The translations under genes were made by a program, and so were the position numbers. Positions 21,778 through 29,927 of a stretch of 64,000 nt of DNA are shown here, one piece after another; position 1 is the stretch's first letter, and each line of letters starts with the position of its first letter. The notes under the pieces were generated by a model, which saw only the letters and a list, made by a program, of their open reading frames with translations, was not told where the DNA came from and searched no databases. This DNA is from Candidatus Aquivivens invisus (GTDB lineage Bacteria; Omnitrophota; Gorgyraeia; Aquiviventales; Aquiviventaceae), in assembly GCA_001804415.1 (NCBI GenBank), contig MHGA01000031.1, positions 10,788 through 74,787 on the forward strand. Reading direction: 5' to 3'.

Positions 21778-22872
21778 ATGAAATCATCAATTCGGATCGC
21801 CGTCATCGGGGTAGGGAACTGTGCGAGTTCCTTACTGCAGGGGTTGGGGTACTATGCCCGCCCAGGCAAGCACCACGTTGGCCTTCTGCACGACGCCATC
21901 AATGGGTATCGCCCCGAGGACATCCAAGTCGTCGCCGCGTTTGACGTCGATGCGCGAAAAGTGGGGAAGCCGCTTCGCGAGGCCTGTGCTGCAAAGCCGA
22001 ACTGCACCACCTGGTTTGTCTCACAGATCCCGAACTTCAAGGTTCGCGTGCACATGGGGCCCCTCCTTGATGGGGTCGCCCCCCATATGGCCAACTATCC
22101 TGCCGATCGGACCTTCGTGATCGCCAAGCAGAAGCCGGCTCAGCTCGCGAAGGTCCTGCGGGCCAGCGGCGCAGAAATTGCCGTGAACTATCTTCCCGTT
22201 GGATCTGAGCAGGCCACGAAAGCCTACGCTGCCGCGTGCCTGGAGACCGGCGTGAGCCTCCTGAACTGCATGCCGGTCTTCATCGTTTCTGATCCTACCT
22301 GGGCCAATCGATTCGCCAAGAAGAATATTCCGATCGTCGGTGATGATGTGAAGGGCCAGCTTGGGGCGACGATCCTGCACCGGACCTTGGCCAAATTGTT
22401 CAACACGAGGGGAGTGCGCGTTGACCGAACGTACCAGCTGAATGTGGGAGGGAACACCGATTTCTTGAACATGCTCAACCGCGATCGACTGGCAAGCAAG
22501 AAGATTTCAAAAACTGAGGCAGTTCAATCAGTGTTGGAAAACCGGCTGCCGTACGAACAGATCCATATCGGTCCCAGCGATTATGTTCCCTGGCAAAACG
22601 ACCGGAAAGTCTGCTTTCTCCGGCTGGAGGGCAGGGGATTTGGGGGATGTCCCATGGAATTGGAGCTGCGTCTCTCCGTCGAGGATTCGCCGAACAGCGC
22701 GGGGATGGTGATCGATGCGATCCGCTGTCTTCGTCTAGCTCGGGATCGTCGATTGGGGGGCCCGCTTCGCTCTGTCTCAGCCTGGACGATGAAACACCCT
22801 CCTCAACCGATGGACGATGAGCACGCTCGCCAACTCGTTGAGGCATTCGTCCGTGGAACCAGCCGCGTCTAA
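21778..22872 (+). CDS. ino1: myo-Inositol-1-phosphate synthase (inositol-3-phosphate synthase), prokaryotic short type
   Basis: N-terminal Rossmann IRIAVIGVGNCASSLLQG, ~364 aa, conserved NGxxxT...D/NxLN motifs of bacterial/archaeal MIPS. Confidence 0.8.
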   Translation: MKSSIRIAVIGVGNCASSLLQGLGYYARPGKHHVGLLHDAINGYRPEDIQVVAAFDVDARKVGKPLREACAAKPNCTTWFVSQIPNFKVRVHMGPLLDGVAPHMANYPADRTFVIAKQKPAQLAKVLRASGAEIAVNYLPVGSEQATKAYAAACLETGVSLLNCMPVFIVSDPTWANRFAKKNIPIVGDDVKGQLGATILHRTLAKLFNTRGVRVDRTYQLNVGGNTDFLNMLNRDRLASKKISKTEAVQSVLENRLPYEQIHIGPSDYVPWQNDRKVCFLRLEGRGFGGCPMELELRLSVEDSPNSAGMVIDAIRCLRLARDRRLGGPLRSVSAWTMKHPPQPMDDEHARQLVEAFVRGTSRV

Positions 22873-23701
22873 CCCGCTTGCCGGGAAGCCTTCAGCCCGC
22901 TCTGTCCCATGTCACGTGGCCTGTCTGCGCTTGCTGCTCTTTACCCTCCTGACGGCTGTCCTTGCAGGACTCTTGAGTTGGCTCTTCCTTCCGTGGCTGA
23001 ATCTTCCGTGGTGGAAGGTGTTCCGACGATGCGCATCGGTCTCGGCAGCCCTCAGCCTTGTGGGCATGCTTCGGTTCATCGACCGGCAACCGTTCCGAAT
23101 GCTAGGCCTGGGTCCTTGGTCGCAAGGACGCTCTGACCTCTCCCGAGGCCTTCTGTTGGGCATGAGCACCGTCGCTGTCGTGGGCTCATTGTATGCGCTG
23201 TTCGGCGCCTGTCGGATCTCGGTTCATCCAGATTCGTGGCGCGTGTGGCGAACGGTGATCGGCTTTCTTCCAGCCGCGCTCCTTGTAGCTGTCCTTGAAG
23301 AGCTCATCTTTCGGGGCTACGTGTTCCACCAGCTCCTGGCATGGTCAGCGTCATGGGCGGTCATGGGCAGCAGCCTCGCCTACGCCCTGGTACACCTGAG
23401 GGGCGGATTCGTCTGGCCGGCAACCGCCTTTGAGCTCATCGGCCTCTGGATTCTTGGAGTCGTCTTGGCGGTGAGCCGTCTGAGAACGGGACAGCTCTAC
23501 CTTGCAATCGGATTGCATGCCTCGCTGGCCTATTGGGCCAGGGTGAACAAACTGTTGATTGCCTTTCAGGATTCTACAATACCCTGGTTGATCGGTACCA
23601 ATCGACTGGTCAATGGGGTCGCGGCCTGGGTGGCCCTGGGAGTTATCGGCTGGATCATCACGCGATGGAGAGCCTGTCCAAACGAGGGAGGTGGATCATG
23701 A
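22817..23701 (+). CDS. CPBP-family (CAAX protease/Abi) intramembrane metalloprotease; start uncertain (possibly GTG ~22916)
   Basis: Multi-TM protein with EELIFRG (motif 1), ...AYALVHL.. (His motif) and HASLAY (motif 3) characteristic of CPBP/Abi proteases. Confidence 0.7.
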   Translation: MSTLANSLRHSSVEPAASNPLAGKPSARSVPCHVACLRLLLFTLLTAVLAGLLSWLFLPWLNLPWWKVFRRCASVSAALSLVGMLRFIDRQPFRMLGLGPWSQGRSDLSRGLLLGMSTVAVVGSLYALFGACRISVHPDSWRVWRTVIGFLPAALLVAVLEELIFRGYVFHQLLAWSASWAVMGSSLAYALVHLRGGFVWPATAFELIGLWILGVVLAVSRLRTGQLYLAIGLHASLAYWARVNKLLIAFQDSTIPWLIGTNRLVNGVAAWVALGVIGWIITRWRACPNEGGGS

Positions 23702-24057
23702 GAGCGGTCATCTGTGGACTCCTGTTCACGCTGATGAGCGTCCTTGACCCCACCCTCGTCGTGGCCGGTGAACGCTCGGCCAGCTATCTTGAAGGTTCAA
23801 CGAGGAAGCTCGGACGAGGATTCTGCAACCTCGTTACAGCCCCTCTGGAGCTGATCCGCACCCCCCACCTCATCACCCAGCAGGAGGGGGGATTTGCCGG
23901 GGCTACGGTCGGCGTGGTCCAAGGGGTCGGGGCTGTCGTCATTCGAGAGCTGGCCGGCGCGCTTGAGGTCGTGACGTTCTTCGTGCCGTTTCCAAACGGT
24001 TTCAACCCGATCCTTAAGCCTGAGTTCCTATACGCCAACGGCGACTGGGTTCCATAG
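23698..24057 (+). CDS. Small secreted protein, paralog 1 (KLGRGxxN...E / FxVPFP motif family)
   Basis: The ATG overlaps the CPBP stop (ATGA). Signal-peptide-like N-terminus; shares KLGRG..N.......E......G...G..G...R..G..E..TF.VPFP with the downstream ORF. Confidence 0.6.
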   Translation: MRAVICGLLFTLMSVLDPTLVVAGERSASYLEGSTRKLGRGFCNLVTAPLELIRTPHLITQQEGGFAGATVGVVQGVGAVVIRELAGALEVVTFFVPFPNGFNPILKPEFLYANGDWVP

Positions 24058-24080
24058 CGCAAAGAGCGAAGGAGGGAAGC

Positions 24081-24416
24081 ATGCGCGCACGCAGAGGGGT
24101 TCGCCTATTGATCGCGGGGGTGATCGCACTCGGGTCCCCAACGGTTGCCTGCGCCCAGGATCCGATTCACAAGCTTGGGCGGGGGGTCAGCAATGTCCTG
24201 ACGTGGTGGGTTGAGGTGCCAAAAAATTTCTCGCTTGGCATGCAAGAAGACAACCCGCTCCTCGGAATCTTCGGAGGGTTGCTGAAAGGCAGCGGGTTGG
24301 CATTGACGCGTCTGACCGTCGGCGCGTATGAAACGCTCTCGTTCCTCGTGCCGTTCCCCAAGGATTACGCCTCACCATATGAAGGAATGGAGCTCTCTGA
24401 TTACGCTTGGGAATAA
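24081..24416 (+). CDS. Small secreted protein, paralog 2 (same family)
   Basis: Signal peptide MRARRGVRLLIAGVIALGSPTVACA|QD, then KLGRGVSNVLTWWVEVP and SFLVPFP; clear paralog of the 23698-24057 ORF. Confidence 0.6.
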   Translation: MRARRGVRLLIAGVIALGSPTVACAQDPIHKLGRGVSNVLTWWVEVPKNFSLGMQEDNPLLGIFGGLLKGSGLALTRLTVGAYETLSFLVPFPKDYASPYEGMELSDYAWE

Positions 24417-25266
24417 GCGTGGCGCCGTCAGAAATCCTCGCGCGGGCCCTTGGGGAATTGTCCCGAGGGCCTTTGTCTTTCTGACGGCCTGGTCCGTTTG
24501 GTCGTGGGGGGCAAGCGCCTTAGCCGAAGGAAGGGAAGAGATCGACGTCAAGCCGGAGGTGTTCGAGATACCTGCGCCGCGACCCCGTCCCGTTGTCGGT
24601 GAGCGCCTCAGTTTTCATGGCCGGTGGTTCGGGATCCCGGTCGGGCACGGATGGATTGAAGTCCGTGAGATTATTGAGGTGGAGGGGCGCCGGGCGTATT
24701 TCGTCGAAGCCCAAGGGCATTCGAATGAGGTGCTCTCCGCGTTCTACCCCATTCATGACGTCATCCGGTCCTCCATCGAAGTGGACACCCTTCGGCCGCT
24801 CCGGTTTGAAAAACACCAACAAGAAGGACACTACCGTGCGGAGGAAATCGTCACATTTGACTACGAGCGGTTGACGGCAACCTACCGGTCCTTGCTGAAT
24901 CAATCGGTCAAAGAGGTTCCCATCCCAGCTGACGTGCAGGATCTGCTCAGCGCCTTCTATTGGCTCAGGACCCATCCGCTTGATCTCAACGATCCCACCA
25001 GCCTTCAGGTGTACTCGGATGAGAAAGTCTATCGCGTAGAGGTCAAGCCGCTGATGACCCTCAAGCTTGAGTTACGCCGTCGGGGCACCTTCCCCTGCAT
25101 GTTGTTCGAGCCCATCGCTGAATTCAAAGGGGTCTTCGTCAGGCGAGGACGCGTGTGGCTGTATCTCAGCGCGGACGAGCGGCGCCTGCCTCTGTACGTC
25201 AGGATCTCCACCCCCTGGGGGCCGATGACAGGAGTGCTCGATCGGGAGTCGCTGTCCCAGCAGTAA
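24379..25266 (+). CDS. Hypothetical secreted protein (~296 aa), function unknown
   Basis: Long ORF with a hydrophobic signal-like segment (AFVFLTAWSVWSWGASALA). No in-frame start after the upstream stop, so the ATG at 24379 (38-nt overlap with the upstream gene) or 24328 is used. Confidence 0.5.
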   Translation: MKEWSSLITLGNKRGAVRNPRAGPWGIVPRAFVFLTAWSVWSWGASALAEGREEIDVKPEVFEIPAPRPRPVVGERLSFHGRWFGIPVGHGWIEVREIIEVEGRRAYFVEAQGHSNEVLSAFYPIHDVIRSSIEVDTLRPLRFEKHQQEGHYRAEEIVTFDYERLTATYRSLLNQSVKEVPIPADVQDLLSAFYWLRTHPLDLNDPTSLQVYSDEKVYRVEVKPLMTLKLELRRRGTFPCMLFEPIAEFKGVFVRRGRVWLYLSADERRLPLYVRISTPWGPMTGVLDRESLSQQ

Positions 25267-25276
25267 GCGGCACGCT

Positions 25277-25600
25277 GTGAACTTGATGGAATATGTCCAC
25301 GTTCTGGCCCTGCACGAGCTTCCCGAACAGGGTTTTAAACCCGTTGACGTGAACGGAACGTCCATCCTCGTAGGCCGCATCAATGGGCAGCCGTTCGCTT
25401 TTCTAGATCGCTGCCCGCATGCCGGCGCCCCCTTGCGCTTTGGCAAACTCCGGGGGGGCGAGCTGACCTGCACGCGCCATGGATGGACGTTTGACGTATC
25501 GACCGGGGAAGCTCTACCATCTCATCCAGCATATCGTTTGGTACAATGTCCCATCAAGATTGACGGGACGAGCGTTTTGATCATCCCTCCTTTCTCTTAG
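25277..25600 (+). CDS. Small Rieske [2Fe-2S] protein (NirD-like ferredoxin)
   Basis: CPHAGAP...(16 aa)...CTRHGW gives the CxH...CxxH Rieske ligands; 107 aa. Confidence 0.8.
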   Translation: MNLMEYVHVLALHELPEQGFKPVDVNGTSILVGRINGQPFAFLDRCPHAGAPLRFGKLRGGELTCTRHGWTFDVSTGEALPSHPAYRLVQCPIKIDGTSVLIIPPFS

Positions 25601-25707
25601 CCTTTTCGATTAATTGTGGTGTGCAATAATGTCTTATAATGTATATTCTGTTAAATTATTGTATCCTACGATTCCACGGATGGTTAGCCGAGGTTACCCA
25701 GTAAAGC

Positions 25708-26598
25708 CTAGAGATTCGAGTCAAAAAATCTGACAAGCCGCTTCAGGTAGGCGTCCGGATCCAAAGCAAAGCCTCCGGAATGTTCGGTGGTTGGAACAAC
25801 CCAGAGTTCCTTGGGTTCCCCGGCAGCGTCAACAAAGGCCTTGGCGGCTTCAAGGGGCATGCGGGGATCGTGCTCGCCGTGAATGATGAGCACGGGTCTC
25901 GGGCTGAGTCGACTGACAGCCTTCTGAGGAGACATCCGGTTTGGCCAGACGCCAAACCGTAACCGGTACGCGGTATTGATGAACAGGCCGAACGGAATGC
26001 TGGGAAGTCGATACAACAGCTTCAGGTGATGCGCAAGAGAATGTTCCAGGTCGCCGTAGATGCTGTCCACGACCACAGCGGCCAGGCGTTCGTCCCTGGC
26101 CGCCACCATGATGGCCACGGCCCCGCCCATCGAAACGCCGAACACCCCGTACGGACGGTCCGGAATCTCCGGTTGGGCCCCCAGGAATGCCAGCGCCCCT
26201 TCCAAATCCCGCTGCTCAAGCCATCCAAACGAGGTGGATCGGCCGGCGCTCTCGCCATGGGCCCGGAAATCGAACAAGAGCACGTTGTAGCGGGCCTTCG
26301 TCAACCCAAAGGCGATCTCAAGCAGATCAGCCCGATTGGTGCCAAGGCCATGGCATAGAAGGATCCATGGTCTGGAGGGATCGATCAGCACCTTCCAACC
26401 GGCCAGGACAACCCCATCGGTCGCTTGAAACGTCACCGATTGAACGTGGGATGTCTGCCATGGCAGCGACCCTGGTGCCAAGGGCATACGCGGGAGAACG
26501 GTCTGCCTGAGGAATAAGACGGTGGTGCCGACCCACGTCCAGAAGATGATAAGGAAAAAGACTTCGGTGAGTGCCACCCAGAGCCTCTTACTTGACAA
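25708..26598 (-). CDS. Alpha/beta-hydrolase (membrane-anchored, S9/dienelactone-hydrolase-like)
   Basis: N-terminal TM, HG box LLCHGLG, nucleophile elbow GVSMGG, C-terminal His region. Confidence 0.8.
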   Translation of the reverse strand: MSSKRLWVALTEVFFLIIFWTWVGTTVLFLRQTVLPRMPLAPGSLPWQTSHVQSVTFQATDGVVLAGWKVLIDPSRPWILLCHGLGTNRADLLEIAFGLTKARYNVLLFDFRAHGESAGRSTSFGWLEQRDLEGALAFLGAQPEIPDRPYGVFGVSMGGAVAIMVAARDERLAAVVVDSIYGDLEHSLAHHLKLLYRLPSIPFGLFINTAYRLRFGVWPNRMSPQKAVSRLSPRPVLIIHGEHDPRMPLEAAKAFVDAAGEPKELWVVPTTEHSGGFALDPDAYLKRLVRFFDSNL

Positions 26599-26959
26599 GG
26601 CTTCCGACCTGAGCCGGTCGGTCGGTCGTCACAAGCGTGAGAGAAGTCTCGGTTGAAGCCGCGAGGACCATCCCCTGGCTTTCCACGCCACGGATGGTCG
26701 CAGGCTTGAGGTTGGCCACCACGACAACTTGCTTGCCGATCAGCGATGACGGCTCGTAGGAGCCTCGGATACCGGCCACCACTTGGCGTGTCTCGCCCCC
26801 GCCGACATCCAGCTTCAGCAAGAGCAGCCGGTCCGCCTGGGGATGGAGTTCGGCGCTGAGGACCGTGGCGATTTTGAGCTGGATTTTTTTAAACTCGTCA
26901 ACCGTGACGACACCAGGTGCGGCAGGCACGGAAGCTGGAACGACAGGCGGATCGCTCAT
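26588..26959 (-). CDS. tRNA-binding domain protein (CsaA/Myf-like OB fold)
   Basis: IATVLSAELHPQADRLLLLKLDVGGGETRQVVAGI..Y......GKQVVVVANLKPATIRGVESQGMVLA matches the Myf/CsaA/MetRS C-terminal tRNA-binding domain. Start at internal ATG 26959, which overlaps the ferredoxin stop. Confidence 0.7.
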   Translation of the reverse strand: MSDPPVVPASVPAAPGVVTVDEFKKIQLKIATVLSAELHPQADRLLLLKLDVGGGETRQVVAGIRGSYEPSSLIGKQVVVVANLKPATIRGVESQGMVLAASTETSLTLVTTDRPAQVGSLVK

Positions 26960-27252
26960 GGACTTCCCTGCCCTTCGAGGGCAGGCGCGACGAGTGCGAG
27001 TGGCGGAGGCTCTTGGGGCGGGACCATCGTGATGGCATCCCACGGGCAGATTTTCTCGCACAAAAAGCACCCGATACACCGAGGTTGGTCTATCGTGCAG
27101 GTCGCATTCAGCGAGGGGAGTTCCGGCCCGGGCAGCTTGTCGATGCAGTCAACAGGGCAGATCGCAATGCAGACTTCACAGCCTGAACAACTGTCGGGAT
27201 TGATGACTGCTTTGGGGCGGCCTTTCCGTGGCTGGACGGCCGTAACGGCCAT
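26956..27252 (-). CDS. 2x[4Fe-4S] ferredoxin
   Basis: CSGCEVCIAICP and CIGCFLCEKICP: two CxxCxxCxxxCP motifs. Confidence 0.8.
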   Translation of the reverse strand: MAVTAVQPRKGRPKAVINPDSCSGCEVCIAICPVDCIDKLPGPELPSLNATCTIDQPRCIGCFLCEKICPWDAITMVPPQEPPPLALVAPALEGQGSP

Positions 27253-27255
27253 GGG

Positions 27256-27702
27256 CTAGGAGGAAGGGTTTAATCGCGCGGCTACTAACTGGCTGACCGT
27301 CTTGCCATCCGCCGCGCCGGCGGCTTTAGCCATGACGAACTTCATGATGGGACCCTGCTGTGGCCCGACCGTCGCGATCGCCTCGTCGATATACTGTGTT
27401 AAGGTGTCGGCGGAAAGCTGCTGCGGCAGATAGACGGTGAGGATCGCCAACTCGGCGTTGGCCGAAGAGAGGATATCCTGGCGGCCGGCTTTCTGGGCCG
27501 CCGCGATTGTTTCGCGCCGCTGTTTGGCCTGTTGATTCAGCACTGGGATGACGTCGGTATCCTCCAGGACGTCTTTGCGCTTGTCGATCGCCACGCGCTG
27601 CACGGCGGCCTTGACCATCCGTAGGGTGTCAACGCGAAGGCGGTCTCCCGCCTTCAGCGCCGTCTTATAATCGGTTTCAAACCGTTCACTCAGCGTCGGC
27701 AT
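27256..27702 (-). CDS. GatB/YqeY domain protein
   Basis: 148 aa; YqeY-family conservation (L...K.A.K......L.....A). Confidence 0.8.
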   Translation of the reverse strand: MPTLSERFETDYKTALKAGDRLRVDTLRMVKAAVQRVAIDKRKDVLEDTDVIPVLNQQAKQRRETIAAAQKAGRQDILSSANAELAILTVYLPQQLSADTLTQYIDEAIATVGPQQGPIMKFVMAKAAGAADGKTVSQLVAARLNPSS

Positions 27703-27781
27703 GATAGGTTACCAGTGTATACGACTTCCCTTCCCTCTGCAACTCGAGGGATGCGTTGTCGAATCACCCGTGGTTTTCTCA

Positions 27782-28693
27782 TCAGAATCCCAGTTCGCGC
27801 AAGATCGTTGGGTTGCTCCGCCACCCCTCCGCCACCTTGACCCACAGCTCCAGGAAGACCTTGACGCCCAGCAAGCGTTCGAGTTCAAGACGGGCGGCTT
27901 GGCCGATCTGCTTGAGGGTGCGCCCCTTGTGTCCGATCAGGATAGCCTTCTGCCCTTCCCGTTCCACCAGCATCGTCGCGCGGATGAACGTGAGGCGCTC
28001 CTTCTTCGTGACCTCCTCAAGGCGGACCGCCACGGCCTGAGGCACTTCCTGCCGTGTGGCAAGAAGGGCCTGCTCTCGGATTAATTCAGCCATCATCTGC
28101 TCAACGGGCTGATCCATCAGTTGATCCGCTTCATACCCGCGAGGGCCCGAAGGCATTCGGCGCATCAGCTCGTCGAGTAAGGCCTCCAGGTTCTCTCCGG
28201 TCAATGCAGAAATCGGTACGTACGCCGCAAAGAGGTCCGCATGAACGCACGCGTCGATCAAGGGCAGGATGCGGCGTTTGTCGACCGCATCCACTTTATT
28301 GATGGCCAACACCGCCGGCCGCTTCGCCCGACGCACCTCTCCAAAAAGCCACTCGTCCTCCCTGGTGAGACCCGTCGTGGCATCAATGACGGTTAACAGG
28401 ACATCGACTTCTTGGATCACCCCTTTGGTCGTCGCCATCATGTGCTTCCCGATCAGGCGCTTCGGCTGATGCCAGCCGGGCGTGTCCACGAAGATCAACT
28501 GGCCCTCTGGGCGCGTGAGAATCCCAATAATCCGAAACCGCGTCGTCTGTGGACGCGGAGAGACAATGGACACCTTTCGATTCAAGACGGCGTTGAGGAT
28601 GGCTGATTTCCCCACGTTGGGTTTGCCAATAATCCCCACAACCCCTGCATGGGAGGAGGATGGCGTTAACGACTCACGGCGTGTGGGGCTCAC
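27782..28693 (-). CDS. era: GTPase Era
   Basis: G1 GKPNVGKSA, G2 T, G3 DTPG, G4 NKVD, and a C-terminal KH domain. Confidence 0.9.
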   Translation of the reverse strand: MSPTRRESLTPSSSHAGVVGIIGKPNVGKSAILNAVLNRKVSIVSPRPQTTRFRIIGILTRPEGQLIFVDTPGWHQPKRLIGKHMMATTKGVIQEVDVLLTVIDATTGLTREDEWLFGEVRRAKRPAVLAINKVDAVDKRRILPLIDACVHADLFAAYVPISALTGENLEALLDELMRRMPSGPRGYEADQLMDQPVEQMMAELIREQALLATRQEVPQAVAVRLEEVTKKERLTFIRATMLVEREGQKAILIGHKGRTLKQIGQAARLELERLLGVKVFLELWVKVAEGWRSNPTILRELGF

Positions 28694-29927
28694 GGCTCGG
28701 TACCTTCTGAAGGACGACGATGCCGACCACCAGCAATCCTACCAAAACCCAGATGGCCTGTCGATCGCGGCCCGGGCCAAGGACGATCGCCCCCCAAATC
28801 AACGGTCCGGCAACCGATGACAGACGACTGAGCAAGCCCGCCAGCCCCAAGAATTCCGCAGTCTGGGCCTTCGGACACAGCTGGATGAGCAGTACCCGTG
28901 AGGTGGCCCACGTCGGGCCGAGGCAGAACCCCACGACCGGTCCAAGCAGCCATAACCATTTGGGAACGGTGGCCGAGGCGAGGAGGGCTAACGCCGCCGT
29001 CCATCCGAGCCAAATGACGCCAAGCGTTCGATGCGCCCCGAGCCGGTCAATGACGCGAGCCCCCACGGCGGCTCCTGCCACCGCGCTGGCCTGCCCCAGG
29101 AGGAAGAAGTGGATCATCTGCGGCTCGGAAAAACCAAGGACTCGCTTGACATACACCGCCATAAACACCAGGACCGTATTGATCGCATTCAGGCTGAAGA
29201 ACGAGGCGAGAAAAAACCACCATACCCCCGGGATTGCGCGCGCCTGGCGGATGGTGTCCCGTAGCTGTCGCAGCGCCTGGCGGACGACGGCCTGCCAGGA
29301 GATGCCTGAGCTGGGGGGCGGGTCCTGAATCAGGAAAAAGCTTGGGAGGGCGAAGAGGAGGAAGAAGACCGCTGAAGGGATGATCGCGGCCTGACGGCCT
29401 CCCGCTTGAACAAACGGCCACAACAACGCCAGCCCCGCCATGCTCCCCAGATACCCGAATGCCGAGCCCCATCCCGAGGCCTGCCCGAGACGCCCGGGAC
29501 GGGCGACTTGGCGAAGTAACGCGTCGTAGAACACCGTGCCCAGCTGGTAGCACGCGTTGGCCAGCGCAAACAACGCGAGGGCGAGCCCGATGTGATGAAT
29601 GCATCCGATGAGCAGCGTCGTTCCAATGCACCCGAACGACGTCCACCGGAGATACCGCATCCGTTGTCCAGTCGCGTCGGCGATTGCGCCGAAAGCCGGC
29701 ATGGCCAACGCCACCCCCACCATGGAAATCCCCAGGGCAACGCTGAACGTCAGCTCCTGAACGCCTCGATCTTCGATGAGCCATAACGGGAAATAGAAGG
29801 ACACCATGGCAACGGCAAAAAAGGTGTTCGCCAAATCGTAGGAGGCCCACGCCAGCAGCTTTGCCAGCGGCTGGAAAGAGCTTAGGGGGAGGATTGGGCG
29901 AGGAGGTTGGTCAACCACGTCCGCCAT
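28674..29927 (-). CDS. MFS transporter
   Basis: 12 predicted TM helices and MFS-like loop motifs; 417 aa. Confidence 0.8.
   Translation of the reverse strand: MADVVDQPPRPILPLSSFQPLAKLLAWASYDLANTFFAVAMVSFYFPLWLIEDRGVQELTFSVALGISMVGVALAMPAFGAIADATGQRMRYLRWTSFGCIGTTLLIGCIHHIGLALALFALANACYQLGTVFYDALLRQVARPGRLGQASGWGSAFGYLGSMAGLALLWPFVQAGGRQAAIIPSAVFFLLFALPSFFLIQDPPPSSGISWQAVVRQALRQLRDTIRQARAIPGVWWFFLASFFSLNAINTVLVFMAVYVKRVLGFSEPQMIHFFLLGQASAVAGAAVGARVIDRLGAHRTLGVIWLGWTAALALLASATVPKWLWLLGPVVGFCLGPTWATSRVLLIQLCPKAQTAEFLGLAGLLSRLSSVAGPLIWGAIVLGPGRDRQAIWVLVGLLVVGIVVLQKVPSREPHTP

Noticed and set aside
17899-25700. Genomic island with integrase at the tRNA-Arg 3' end.
   Set aside because: No integrase, recombinase or transposase ORF and no visible duplicate of the tRNA 3' end. 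The region is kept only as a possible old accessory segment (see findings).
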